Origin: Lama guanicoe
Taxonomy: Eukaryota
Assembly: GCA_013239625.1 (NCBI GenBank)
Contig: MU053810.1
Span: 6,234,122 to 6,298,121 of the forward strand
DNA length: 64,000 nt
Direction of reading: 5' to 3'
Each line of letters starts with the position of its first letter. Positions within the stretch are counted from its first letter, which is position 1. The translations under genes were made by a program, and so were the position numbers. The notes under the pieces are model-generated. The model had not been told where the DNA came from, searched no databases, and saw only the letters and a program-made list of their open reading frames with translations. Of this stretch, positions 40,505 to 52,609 are shown piece by piece.

Positions 40505-40645
40505 CAGAGGAGGGTGTAGCTCAAGTGGTAAAGCACATGCTTAGCACGCAGCAGGTCAGTCCTGGTTTCAATCCCCGCTACCTCCTCCAAAACTAACTAA
40601 ATAAACAAATCTAATTATCTCCCCACCCGAGCCCACCCAAAAAAG
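40505..40645 (+). mobile_element. tRNA-derived SINE (same family) inserted in an old L1 fragment (~40290-40830)
   Basis: gaggagggtgtagctcaagtggtaaagcacatgcttagcacgca...ggtttcaatcccc; same 3' text as the 39569 copy. Confidence 0.85.
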
Positions 40646-43479
40646 TGCCTATTCTTGACTTCAAACAAATTACAGTAAAATACAATCAAATGCAAATGAA
40701 TATTTCTTTAATATGATAAGATAAATCTGTCAAACTAAAATGTAGGCTCATACTTATGGCAAAACACAAGCATTTGTATTAAAGTCACAAATAAAATGAG
40801 GATGCTACTATCCCTCATGCTAATTGACAGAAAAACAAATAAACAAAACCACACACACATAAACAACTTGTGTCTGAAAGTCTCTGTTCTTGTTTAGGAG
40901 AAAACCCAGCACCATCACATTCACTCAAGTTTTCAGATGCTAGTAAACCAGAAACTATTTGTAAAATGGTTTTTATTTCAATCACAGATCAACATCTCTT
41001 CTTTGGCTTTTCCATTTCCTTCATTTCCTCTCTCGGAGAAATCCCTTGATGGAGCAGAGGGAAGGGGAGACAATGATGGTTTCAGTGTCAGACAGAACTA
41101 GAAAGGACATGGTCCCTCCTGGGGTCTCTCTTACCTGATGGGGACCACTGTGTGTGCTCTGGTTAACGGTCTTGGGAGAGGCCAGGAGGCCTGCTTCCCA
41201 TAGCCTGGGCCTGACGCAAATGCTTCCTAAGCGCCAGTCTTGCGGTTGGATGTGGGATGTGGGCTGGTGCAGCCTAGTTGGTTCTGTTCCTTGCGCTGTG
41301 GCCTTCAAGGCTTACACGAATCATCTCTTTGCAGCAAAGGCAGCTGTGGTAGCATCTGTCAACCTGGGGTCCTCTGTCTCAGGTGGCTGCCACTCACCAG
41401 CTAATAGGTGATTATCAGCTCTGCCCCTTGTGGGCCCCTCTCTAAATTGAATCCAATAAAGTCCTTATAAATGAGTTTAGCGGAATAAAGTCCAACCAAC
41501 CCCTGGCTCTTTTTTGCAGAAGTGCGTGGTCTCAGTTGATGTTTTGTTTAAACAAAGAAAACAAAAACCGAAACCCCCTTAGTTTCTATGAAGAGCTACC
41601 TGGGGTAGCAAATAATCACATTTATAATGAATATGTTGATCCGGTTGACTGCCTGCAGCTGGCTCTTCAGGAGGTGATTCTAATCCCACAGGGAGGAAGG
41701 GCAGTCCCAGGACAGAGTTGGGGCAAGAAAAGTACAGTTACTGGCAGCCTAATGTTGCCGAGGGTCTTAACAGATATTTTCTCATCGAATCCTTTCCATC
41801 TCCTGCAATAAGTATCCCCAACCCGGTTTTGCAGGTGAGGAAGAGACATTCAGAATTTATAAAGAGAAGGGACAATATATTATTGAGGAGTAGGGAATTT
41901 GGTCATTAGTCAGGAAGAATCGAAAGGGCTTCTGGAATTTGGGAATATCTGCCTCAGGCTCAGGGGAGTCTCAGACAAAGAATTAAGCCAGGCCTTGGCC
42001 CGTTCCTCCATCCCTGGATTTCCTCGTGGAATATTGCTATAATTATTAGATTAATGGTGTCAGTGGGTTGGAGTCCTTCATGCATTGAATTTTCTCCTAG
42101 ACTAGATCATCTCTCATAATAAATTATTACCGCTTGTTATGACAGGAGCAGAGAGAATCACTCAGTGCCAGAATTTAATTTCCCACCCATGCCTAACTAT
42201 AGACGGTTCATCCAGGGAACATCGTTTACCTGAAACTCCATCCATCCTTTTAAAAAAGTGAAGTGAACGGATGCTTTGTTTTTGCAACTTGAACAAGCAC
42301 ATTACACAGCAAGGAGGAAACTCTTTCTTTCCTTCTTGGCCGCGAAGGATTAACTGGAACCACCTGCTCTTTTGCGAAGGTAAACCAGCCCGAGCCCAGC
42401 CGGTCATGGAGACTCACACCGAGGAATGCTTCCTCCCTCTAGCCCAGGTCTCAACAGCACAGAGGGAACGGAAACCTTGTACAACAACTTAAATAAAAAG
42501 AAATACTAAAGAAAATCCCTCCTCTTTACTCTCTTGAGCGCCCCAATCCTAACACAGACATATAAGGAAGTAAGGAGAAAGCAACAGCCTTAGCAGCAGG
42601 ATTTCCTCTTGACTAAAATCTGAATCGAAAGACACTCTGAATCTCTCCTTTGCTCAAGTTTGTGTAATTGAATTTTCTTGGAATTCACAAAGTTACTGCG
42701 TTTAAATAAATTAAAATTTCTCTTGAAAGTCATTTCCTTGGCAACTGTAACAAGCTTTTAATTGCTTTCCCACAGCCAGAAACCTCAGTTCTGACACTGT
42801 AATCAAGACCACAAACCTTTTTTCCAAAAGAGGGAAAGGGGTTGCTAAGTAGAGAATCCCACTAGAGCGTGTAGCCTGTGTTTTTTGGTGCACATGCTCC
42901 AAGGCCAGGACTGGTGGCAGCAGGTCCTGGGCAGGGGGGACCTTCAGTGTGGATCTTTCGGTGCTTCTTCACTACTTGCTTTTTGAGGCGTTGGGAAGTC
43001 TTTAGCGGCTTGGGGAGACCAAGTCGCTCCTCCTCCTCATGGTGTGCTGCCAGTGATCCATTCCCCTTGTGTAAATGGAAGCTGGGAGGGCTTGGGGACG
43101 GGACCATATTAGTCATTCCAGTGAAGCCAAAGCTAATGGCCCATGTCATTCGCTCTGACTCTGATGGGTGCCTGTCTGAGGCAAGGATGCTCCCTGAGGA
43201 AGAGGGTGCAAACTGGTCTGGATGTTTCATCCCAGCTGAGGTAACTTACTTCCTCTTGTTCCTCCTTTCTCCTCAGTGACCCTGCCCAGCCCTTCTGGGT
43301 CTTTTTTCTCTGCAAAAGCAAAGGCTGAGTCTGCGGCTATGTCATTTTCTAAGGGGAGATGCTGCTGCCATGTCCTCTGTGTGTTTAAGATGATCTTGTC
43401 TATGTGACTAAAGTAGGATAAAGGGCTTTGGCCGGGAAGCCTGGTCCTTACAGGCAGCAGCACAGAATCAAAAGATAAT

Positions 43480-43690
43480 TAGCATATCCTGAACATTCCC
43501 TGTGTTCCAGGCACTGGGTTCTCCTCTCATCTGAATCTTCACTCTCACCCTAGGAGGAAGCCCTATTTTTGTCATCGCTTTACAGATGAGAGAACGGAGG
43601 TTCAGAAAGGTCAAGTGATCAGCTCAGGGTCTCAGAGCTAATCAAGAGCAGAGCTGGCGTTCAAGGCCAGGCAGTCTCTCCAGCATCTGC
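43480..43690. mobile_element. MIR SINE
   Basis: tttacagatgagagaacggaggttcagaaaggtcaagtga...ctcagagctaat..agcagagctggcgttcaa MIR core. Confidence 0.8.
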
Positions 43691-46269
43691 CTTGTTGAAG
43701 GAATGAAAACGTGAGCAAACAGCGCCGATCTCTCCTGGCAGGAGCCCAGGTGTCCAGGCCACCTCCAGCCCCGCCCTTTAGGATGTCTCCTCCCTGAAAT
43801 TACAGCACTCATAACACCTACTAAATTAGATTATATTTATGTGGCCATGGTAGTCCCTGGGAAGGAACTTAATAGGACTCAGTGCCTCAGTGGATGTCAA
43901 GGGCAAGAAGCAGAACCCTTGGGTCCCCTTTGGCCTCATAATTAACTGCTCTGGTTTGTTGTTTTATCATAAACACTGGGCTGGTAATTTCAATGCTGGT
44001 TGGGTTAGCATGAGAATTGGAATCTCTTTACTACTAACAGATGAAAAAATATCAAGTGAGGTATGGGAATAGGGACACTATTAAAAATCTCGTATACATT
44101 GGGGTAATGTTTTTACAGTCAAAACAAATCTCTTTAGTCGTTTCGTCTTTAAGTACTTACATATACCCATTGCACAGATATTCGGGAATTGCAGCTCACT
44201 GACAGCCAGAAGAAAAACAGCCCTCTCTGATGTCCTTTTGGGATGAAGAAGTTAAAATTATAATAGAATAGAGTCAGCTCTCTCTCCTTAAATTCATCTC
44301 CCTCCCTACCCGCTACTGGAAACTTCCACTAAGAATTTAACTGGGATGGCAAGAATAAAGAAAAGAATTGAGTTTATTGAGTCATTTCTAATCAGAGCTT
44401 CCTTCACATAAGCAAAGACAGATTTAGACCAGATGCTTTTTCCTAAGCAGACATTTTGATACATGTTGCTGAGAATTGTCAGTTTCCATGCCAGGCAAAC
44501 AATGTCAAATGTGTCCATTTGTTTCAATCACAGCCCAGGAAACATTAGGAGATGTGAAGTAGAAAAAGAATTGCCATTCTACTGGCTAAAGACTGGGAAA
44601 CTGCTAGCTCCTCAGACTAGAACTCACTCTCATCTGAAGTCAACAGACTGAAACGAAGAGATGGTTTTGCTATTTCAGAGTCACAACTTCTCCACCCATC
44701 AAAGACTAATTCTGAAGGTGGTTGTTTACGTGAAATATCACAAAAGACTTCAGGTTCTAATATCTTTCAGTGGTTACCAGGGGGAAAAAATGTTGTTATT
44801 TTGTATGGCCAGAGTGGAGTCAAAGACGGCCCCTGCCTGGATAAACTGCAATAAAATGCAAGCAATCAGGTATGAGGAATCCAATGCCAGTTGGGATGTG
44901 TGTCAATCTGAAAATGAAAATATTACTGGAAGATGAGTAGCTTCTTACAACATGTAGACTATGCCCCAGTCCACAGTCTTTTGAAGCAAAAGCTAAGGGC
45001 CTTGAAATGGAGTTTGGGGGTGGGAAGAGTCGGAAAGAATTGATGGAATTAGTGGTTCTCAGATTTGCAACTTACAGAAAAAATCACCATCTCCCACCTA
45101 CATCCTTCCTTGGAGATGAGGTAGTCCCACCCTCATTTCTCAGCTGAAGGAATGGACGTAGCTAAGGTCACACCCCAGACCAGGGGCAGAGCCAGTGATC
45201 TGGGTGGAGCGCCTTCTACTTGTAGGAGACCATGGGAGAAATCGGAGAATCTTGTCAGGGTATGTGTGTTGTTGGAGGGGGGCCAGGAAGGAGAGGTGAT
45301 AACACAGAAGGATAAGAAACAGACTCTGCACATGCTTTACACTGGGTGAGCAGAAGAATATGCAAAAGATGTTTCCAGCCTGAACCTGTTATGCACAGAT
45401 ACTAATGACCAAGAGAGTGTTTAAGGATTAAGCAAGAGCTGATTTATAAAATTCATGTACAGTTACTGTCATTACAACAAGACTTGTTGAACGCTCTTGG
45501 GTACAAAGCACCACGCTAACTGCTAATGATGTATTTAACCCCCACAAAAACCTTGTGAAGAATATCACTGTCATAACAACATCCATGAAGATATGAGGAG
45601 GAATAAGAGATTCTCCCCAGGCTGAGGGAACAGAGGGAACAAAGACAGAATGTCAAGGTGTTCCCGCCACATCTGGCTTCTCCACTGGTTCCCTTACAAG
45701 CAATATTGCAATTATCCAGAAACTTCCTTTCTTATGTCCTTCCCCACCCCCATGTCTGCTTGAAGTGCTCTCTCTTTACTCCAGACTAATACCTTTTAGA
45801 GCATCTCCAGCCCACAGGGGCAGCCCGGACCTGATAAGACAAATCGGGATATACTCCGCCAATTAAATTCAATTCTAGCTTTTAACCTGCCCACATTCTT
45901 AACCCCTGAGAGCCTGGGAGAAAATCCCCTTAACACGTGATGCCTCCCAAATCCACAGAGGCCCAGAAATAAGCCTGACACAAAGGAAACACACGACAGC
46001 CCACACGTAGCCTGCACGTGTATAGTTTGCACTGTTGTATACCATTGCGCCTAAACTGTATACAGTATGTCCCAGCTGTCCTGAAAGGTGTGTGGGGCCT
46101 CACTGAGCTTCCTGGACCCAGGCCATGGGCCATGGGTTTTGCTTTAGAACTGAGAGTCCAGGAACTGAGAACACTGACTGGATATCTGATCTCATTATGG
46201 CAATATTACTATGAGTTTCAGTTGTAATCGTTGTTTTGAGAACTTTTTTTTTTTTAAAGGAGTCTTTAT

Positions 46270-46575
46270 CTTTTACAAATTCGTATGGAAATAATTGGGT
46301 GTTGGGGAGGATATGGGGTAGGGGGATAGATGAAACATGATTCAGGCTCTGAATTAGTAACTTTTGAAGCTGGGTGAAGCCTTTGTGGAAGGTTACTGTA
46401 CTGTTTTCTCCACTTTTGTATGTATGTGGAATTTTCTGTAATAAAGTACATTAAAAAAAAAAAGAAAGGATCTGACTGAAGGAGAAATAAGAGCAGTGAA
46501 ACAATACCCTTCAGAAGCAATACACCAGAAATTGACACACTGTAATTGACTGCACTTCAATTAAAAAAAAAAAAA
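46270..46575 (+). mobile_element. Two short L1 3'-end fragments with A tails (~46270-46463; ~46522-46575)
   Basis: ...cacttttgtatgtatgtggaattttctgtaataaa; caccagaaattgacacactgtaattgactgcacttcaatt(A)n with flanking agaagcaat/agaagtaat. Confidence 0.7.
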
Positions 46576-46709
46576 GAAGTAATTGGAAAAGTAAGGGCTT
46601 TTTTTTCCAAACAAAGATTCAAAGACACTCTGAGCTCTGTGACAAGGGAAGGGCATTTTATGCGGGTAATTCATTAAAAATGATCCCCACAACATGACAA
46701 AGCCAGAGA

Positions 46710-49700
46710 TATATCCACGGTTACACATTTATTTGGGTTTAGAGAGACAACACAGATAAAATACTTTGATCATACACAAGTTTATATTTGGTAGGAAGAA
46801 CAGGTTGCCACATGTTTATACTTTTTATTGTTTTCTGTCTTTAGTGACGGAGAGATGCTGGGGGGATGTCGATGTCTTTCAGAAACACCAGTTGGGAACA
46901 GTATTTTGGCGCAGGTAACTAATCAATACACAGTGTTTGCACTTAGCATTTGACAGCAGGAGGGCACGTGCAAGATGATACCAACTGTCAGGCTCCCGGA
47001 TTCTTTGTCCTGCTGCTATATTTACACCCGTGCTTTCTTGGTCCATATTCTGAGTTGCAGGGACTCCAGATCTTAGCAGGGATGGTGCCTGCCATGTTGG
47101 CTGTTTGTGGTGCTCCATATTGGTTTCCTCTGTTCTCGTAGACGAAGTAGCATTCCCCTTATGTTTTGTGAAATCACAGAATTCTCAAAGGAGATTTGTC
47201 GGTAGCGAGCGTGGCCGAGGGCATTCTCTCTGTTACAGCTGAGGAGGAGGGCACACAGTATAGCAGAGAGAGGGCAGGAGAGAGCTCGGGAACAGACGGG
47301 AGTGTGGTTCTGGGAACATCAGCACAGCTACCACACAGAAAAAGACACGTCAATAATACACTGCAGAAGCTTTTACAGCAACACATGTAGATTGGCAACA
47401 CTGTACAGTTCAGATCTAAAGTGCACAACCCCAATCTGAGGTGACAAGACAGTACCGTCAGTATGATAAAGGCAACACAGTCACACACACGGTTGATTTC
47501 CTTTCCTTTCCTCACATCCCTGTGACAGTCCAGGAAGTCAGTGCCATTTACATGTCTCCAATGAAGACACATCACACTTTTTTTTTCAAGTATTTGAAAA
47601 TAATTAATACAATATTGCTGTATAAATGAAAATGACCATGTCAACTGTGATTAAAGCTAAAACCAAAACTTTCTAATATTTTGTAAAGGATGGTCCCCTA
47701 TAAAGGCCTTTGGCACTGGGAATTTGGGCTAAGTTCAAAACAATCTCCCTTCCTTCCTTCCTTCCCTCCCTCCTGAGTGGATTACAAACCTATTTTGAAG
47801 AGTATTTATTAAGCTACTGGGACCTGGCAGGCTTTTATTTTCCCCCTTCCCTGGGTTATGGTTGTAGGATTTCACTGCATAGGCTTAAGCAAGGCTCCCA
47901 GCACACTTGGGGCAGGGGGTCAGGGAAACAAGCTATTGGTAAAAAATGATTTTGCTGGAATGTCAATACACAGGCACAAATGTTCCTCCTTTAAATTGTC
48001 ATACAATTAACTGAAACAGCTGCCGCTTCTGAGAGAGAACTTGTACCTCTAGGTAGAAGCATCTCAGAGTAGAACGGGGTCTGTCCAGATCAGGGCACTG
48101 GGCTCCACAGTCTCCTCTGAGCAGGACGGTGGGTTTGGTCATCAGTGTCTCTGCCTCTGAGATGGGGCCTTTTGGCCTGAGGCTCACGAATAGGTGGGCA
48201 CTTGTGTGCTTACTCTCAACAGCCAATTCCAAGGAAGGAAAAGAATGCTTGGCCATTAGACACAGTCTAGAATGAAAGGCTTATTCCTTCATGAAATTTT
48301 GGGGCACAGATAAAGAGTTTTCTTCTACAAGTCATAGGGAATCCATTTGCTTCCTAGACAGAGAGAGCCCAAAGCTGGGTTCATCTCAAGTATGAACGTT
48401 TTTGTGTATAACCTGGGAGAGAGATCATAGGGCGAGCTCACGGTGATTTCAGGGGTCGGACCCTGCTGTTGTAATAGAGGGTTTTTCTATCTTATGAGAG
48501 ATGGAGTCCTCTTTCTTCCCTCAGATACCTGCAGTCTTCCTGACGAGAGATCTGACTGGTCCATACAGAAAAGACCAATGTTCTTAAACACGTATCTGCA
48601 GTCTGCGCACATGGCTCCCCTGCCCTCCCATGGGGATATGGAGTCCGACAGTCTGTGCCCCTGACATGTCTGTGGGGGCTCTGGTTAGCTCATGTCTCTC
48701 CATCAGGTTTGCAGAGGCAGAAGGATGCTTCTAAAATATTATTTTGGATTCTAAGGAGCACATTATTGTCTCCGCATCCTCTGGTCACCTTGCATCTTGA
48801 TGGGAGACAGAGGAAAGAAGATCTTAAGATGCTGTCTCAAAATCCTGGTGAGGAGCTCATTTCCTGAGAGGACAAATAACCACCCAGGGAGTAGAAATTA
48901 ACTATCTGGGATCCCAGTGATGGGGAGATCAGCGGGGGGACTTTTGTAGGCTGGAATGAGGAGGGAAATGACTTCTGCCCAGGCAGGGGCAGCATGGCAC
49001 CCAGGATGAAGTCGCCATTCTCACACAGAGATCCAAGGCCAAGTTTAATTTTCTGGGTTCTGGAGTGTGCTTCATTCTTCTTTGCTTGGGCCAATTATAT
49101 TTTATTTTTATTTTCTCTAATTAATCCAAATGACCTAAGGAAAGAATGCTGTTTGAGAAGATATCTTAAGAAGCAGCATCAACCTGCTGTTTGAAACAGC
49201 CAAACTGGAAAGCAGAGCAGAGACGAGTCTCCGAATTTGGTCTAGGACGGAGGTGGGCTGTCCTGCCCCCTGAGCGGGTCTGCTAAGGTCAAATGGGTGA
49301 AAACCTTAAATGGGAAGAGCATCTTACTGTTGATCTGACCAGTCATTTAAAAGAAATTGCAGTATACTTTTGTGTTTGCTTTGTAATACTAACTTTAGGG
49401 ATGTGATACACCATAAAATGAACAGAAAGAAAACATCATATCTTTTAAGAATTTTGTGGGCCTATGTTTGTTTCAAAATAACTTTGCTAAATATTTTATA
49501 GTGCCTCCATTAAAAGAAAGGAAAAAAAAAAAAGTCTGGCTTAGTTTCTGTACCTGTCCCGGCAGTTTGTATAACCCATATAAAATAAAAATCTATATGT
49601 TACAAAATAGGATTTGTTTTTAATATATATATTTTTTCCTTTTGTAAAATTATATGTATTTAAATACATTTGAAATGTTGCTATAGGTAAATTAGAAATT

Positions 49701-50163
49701 TTCTTTTCTAATACTATGAAAAAGGCAAGATTTTTTTTTTTTATCGTCAACGTATATTTTATATTTACTATATCCTTTTCACTGCACCCCGAAGAACCTT
49801 TTATGATTCAGGGGCAATTTGGCACTATTCAACCCTACTACTCTGAAGTGAAAATAAAGTTTGATTTGCACACTATATTAAAAGTAAGGGAAGTATTTGT
49901 AACAATTTTTAAGCTTTTCCTTACTGATTAGAACACAGCCTTTTGTCACTAATTATTAGAGAGGTATTCTAAACTTAAGAAAGGATTTTTAAAAGGAGCA
50001 ATGTTTGGTTTTTTTTTTTTTTTCAATTTTTAAACTGTACTCTACTTTGACACCACAATATAGAAATAGATTTACTCTGGAACAAACTACAAATACATGT
50101 ACACAGTTGGTGACAACTTAATTGTCTACCTAGAGAATTGAAACAGCTTAGTAAGCTAGAATA
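46710..50163 (-). other. GAD2: Probable long GAD2 3'UTR (~3.4 kb)
   Basis: Largely repeat-free sequence after the stop, AU-rich near 49400-50050. Minus-strand AATAAA at 46728-46733 is followed by a GU-rich tract (ctttgtcatgttgtgggg). The length fits the ~5.6 kb brain GAD65 mRNA as I recall it; the 3' end is inferred. Confidence 0.55.
46728..46733 (-). terminator. Candidate distal polyadenylation signal of GAD2
   Basis: tttatt on + (AATAAA on -) with a downstream GU-rich element. Other AATAAA/ATTAAA hexamers occur (e.g. ~46824, 49101, 49619). Confidence 0.5.
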
Positions 50164-50337
50164 TTATAAATCTTGCCCAAGGCGTTCTATTTCTTCAATC
50201 AGGAAGTCAATGTCTTGGTGAGTGGCTGCAGGGTTTGAGATGACCATGCGGAAGAAATTGACCTTATCTCCCAAGGGCTGGTAGCTCACCATTGTGGTCC
50301 CGTACTCCATCATTCTGGCTTTAATCACTGGAGCCAC
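50164..50337 (-). CDS. GAD2: GAD65 terminal coding exon (exon 16), distal copy attached to the full 3'UTR
   Basis: Same 57 aa + TAA and same acceptor as the copy 2272 bp away; runs on into unique AU-rich sequence. Confidence 0.9.
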   Translation of the reverse strand: MAPVIKARMMEYGTTMVSYQPLGDKVNFFRMVISNPAATHQDIDFLIEEIERLGQDL

Positions 50338-52435
50338 CTGTGGGAGAGACAAGACCAACAAATGGTGACTGTTTCTCTTCCCTCCACCTGAGAACCCAAC
50401 ACCAAGTGGCATTTTTAGTTATTAACTGAACAATCAGAAACATACTTGTTTTCCCTTGAAGGAGTTGCCTCCCGCTTTCTTTGGGATCAGAGGGCTGGAG
50501 TGGTTTAATACGTCCAAGATCTCAAAGGAATAATAAATGGTAAGCTATCACGAGCTTGACACCATATCTTTGACTTTCTACTTTGTGTTTTGGGAGAATG
50601 GGAAGAATCTGATGTTCGTTCCACGGCTAAAGAGTTCAGCAATACAACATTTGGGGGATGCTTTTCCCCCCCTCAGGAAAGGTAAAAACATTGGTCGTAA
50701 GACATAGCTCAGAGAATGGTGACCAAGAGACATAGCCTCACTATGAAGTTATGTATGAAAATAAGCAGATTTTTGAGACCCTAAAGCAGCTTGCTTTCTT
50801 GATACATTTATTTTTTCTAATTTCTTATTCTCCTTTTGCATTCCTTCAGTTTATAAGATGTTTTGAAATATTCTCCCTAATAATGATGAAGAATCAGCTG
50901 AGGCAAAAAGCTGCACCCGCAAGGATTTAACATTATGGAAATCAGATCACAGACAAGATTTTGCCAGACGGATAATTACAGCCCTCGGTCCTCTCTCGTG
51001 TAGGAAATTAAGCCCAAACTCTTTAGTTCAGCACAAATGCCTTTTGTCACCAGCTCTGAGGACTCATCCCCCAGTGCTCACCCAGATGGATCTGCAGCTC
51101 TGACAAGACCTAATTATTCAGTATCCCTTGGGTGTACCGTGCTTGTTTTTATCCCTTCATTCTGGTCCTCAGTCTCAGCATGTCACACTTGTTCTCTTTG
51201 CTTAGGATCCCTTTTCTCTTCCGGTTTGCATCCCACACAGACTCCAAGGCTCCACCACAGTCCTACGCCCACTAGGGAGCCTTTCCTGACTTCTACAGTC
51301 CGTTAGCATATTTTCTCTAGGGTGTAAGTACACAATCCTTATCCACAGATTCTGACTGTATTCTAATTTCCTATAGTCCCTCTCACTTATAAGAAAATAC
51401 ACTTCATCTTTGTACTTCAACTGTAAGCTCCTGGAGGGTAGGGACAGTGTCTTTTACTTCTTTTGTTTGTCAGCACAGCACTGTGTGCACATGGAGGGCT
51501 CCCTGAGTCTTTACTGACTGTAAAGAGTGGCAGAAGAGGACCAGCTCCTAGGATGAGGCATGCATTTAAATTATGTCCACGTGTATGCAGGATCTGTCCA
51601 GTATTTTACCACTGAAGTTTGTAAACATACAATCTGATCTTTTAGGTTCGTTGCTGCAAATACATAACGAGGAATGTAGATGTCAGGGAAGCTTTGGACT
51701 TATGTTAGACATACATAGTCGGCAAGGCAGTTCAGTACGGAAGCGATGCCTTCTATCACAGTTGGATTCATCTTAAATGAAGGATAGATTCAAATGGAAT
51801 GGCATTATGATCATGTGACTTTTGAATATCAACGTTTACATAATCATTGGTTTAATCCTCAAAGTACTCAACGGCAAAACCGACACGGTTCTCACCAGGT
51901 CCTAGTTATTTGTTAGCTACCAAAACCAAAGCCCAAGCCGGACTTTACCTTCATGTTCATTTCACTTTCACTTCACATCCTGAACCTCATTCCCTCATCT
52001 ATACGTGAATGTGGATGGTGATGCCCACATTGGGATGTTCTGATTGCAGGTGAACAAGTTCCTACATCCCTCCCTGCTCCTTCCTTTTCCCACAAGAAGG
52101 TAATGCAAAGAGGAATGCTTCTGTTGGGGTGATCCTTTTCACCCAAAGAGTGAACGATGTACACAGAGCATCAGACTCATCCCAGGGAATGAATATTAAA
52201 AAAAAAATTTTAAGTCTGGAATTAGTTCCTGAAAATGAATCTACTAGAATATATTAGCCTAAGGACATGAGAGGTATCACTTTGTGCTGTGAGTCACATG
52301 GCAAGTCGATCTGTCCCTGGGAAGAGAAATCATAGAAATAGATTTACTCTGGAACAAACTACAAATACATGTACACAGTTGGTGACAACTTAATTGTCTA
52401 CCTAGAGAATTGAAACAGCTTAGTAAGCTAGAATA

Positions 52436-52609
52436 TTATAAATCTTGCCCAAGGCGTTCTATTTCTTCAATCAGGAAGTCAATGTCTTGGTGAGTGGCTG
52501 CAGGGTTTGAGATGACCATGCGGAAGAAATTGACCTTATCTCCCAAGGGCTGGTAGCTCACCATTGTGGTCCCGTACTCCATCATTCTGGCTTTAATCAC
52601 TGGAGCCAC
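52436..52609 (-). CDS. GAD2: GAD65 terminal coding exon (exon 16), proximal copy
   Basis: 174 bp; [61 protein letters not shown], acceptor ctctcccacAG. Only ~104 nt of native 3'UTR follow before the duplication junction at 52331/52332. Confidence 0.9.
   Translation of the reverse strand: MAPVIKARMMEYGTTMVSYQPLGDKVNFFRMVISNPAATHQDIDFLIEEIERLGQDL

Noticed and set aside
50338..50412. N-terminal extension [25 protein letters not shown] on the GAD2 exon-16 ORFs (also 52610-52684)
   Set aside because: Intron 15 sequence upstream of the AG acceptor that happens to be in frame.
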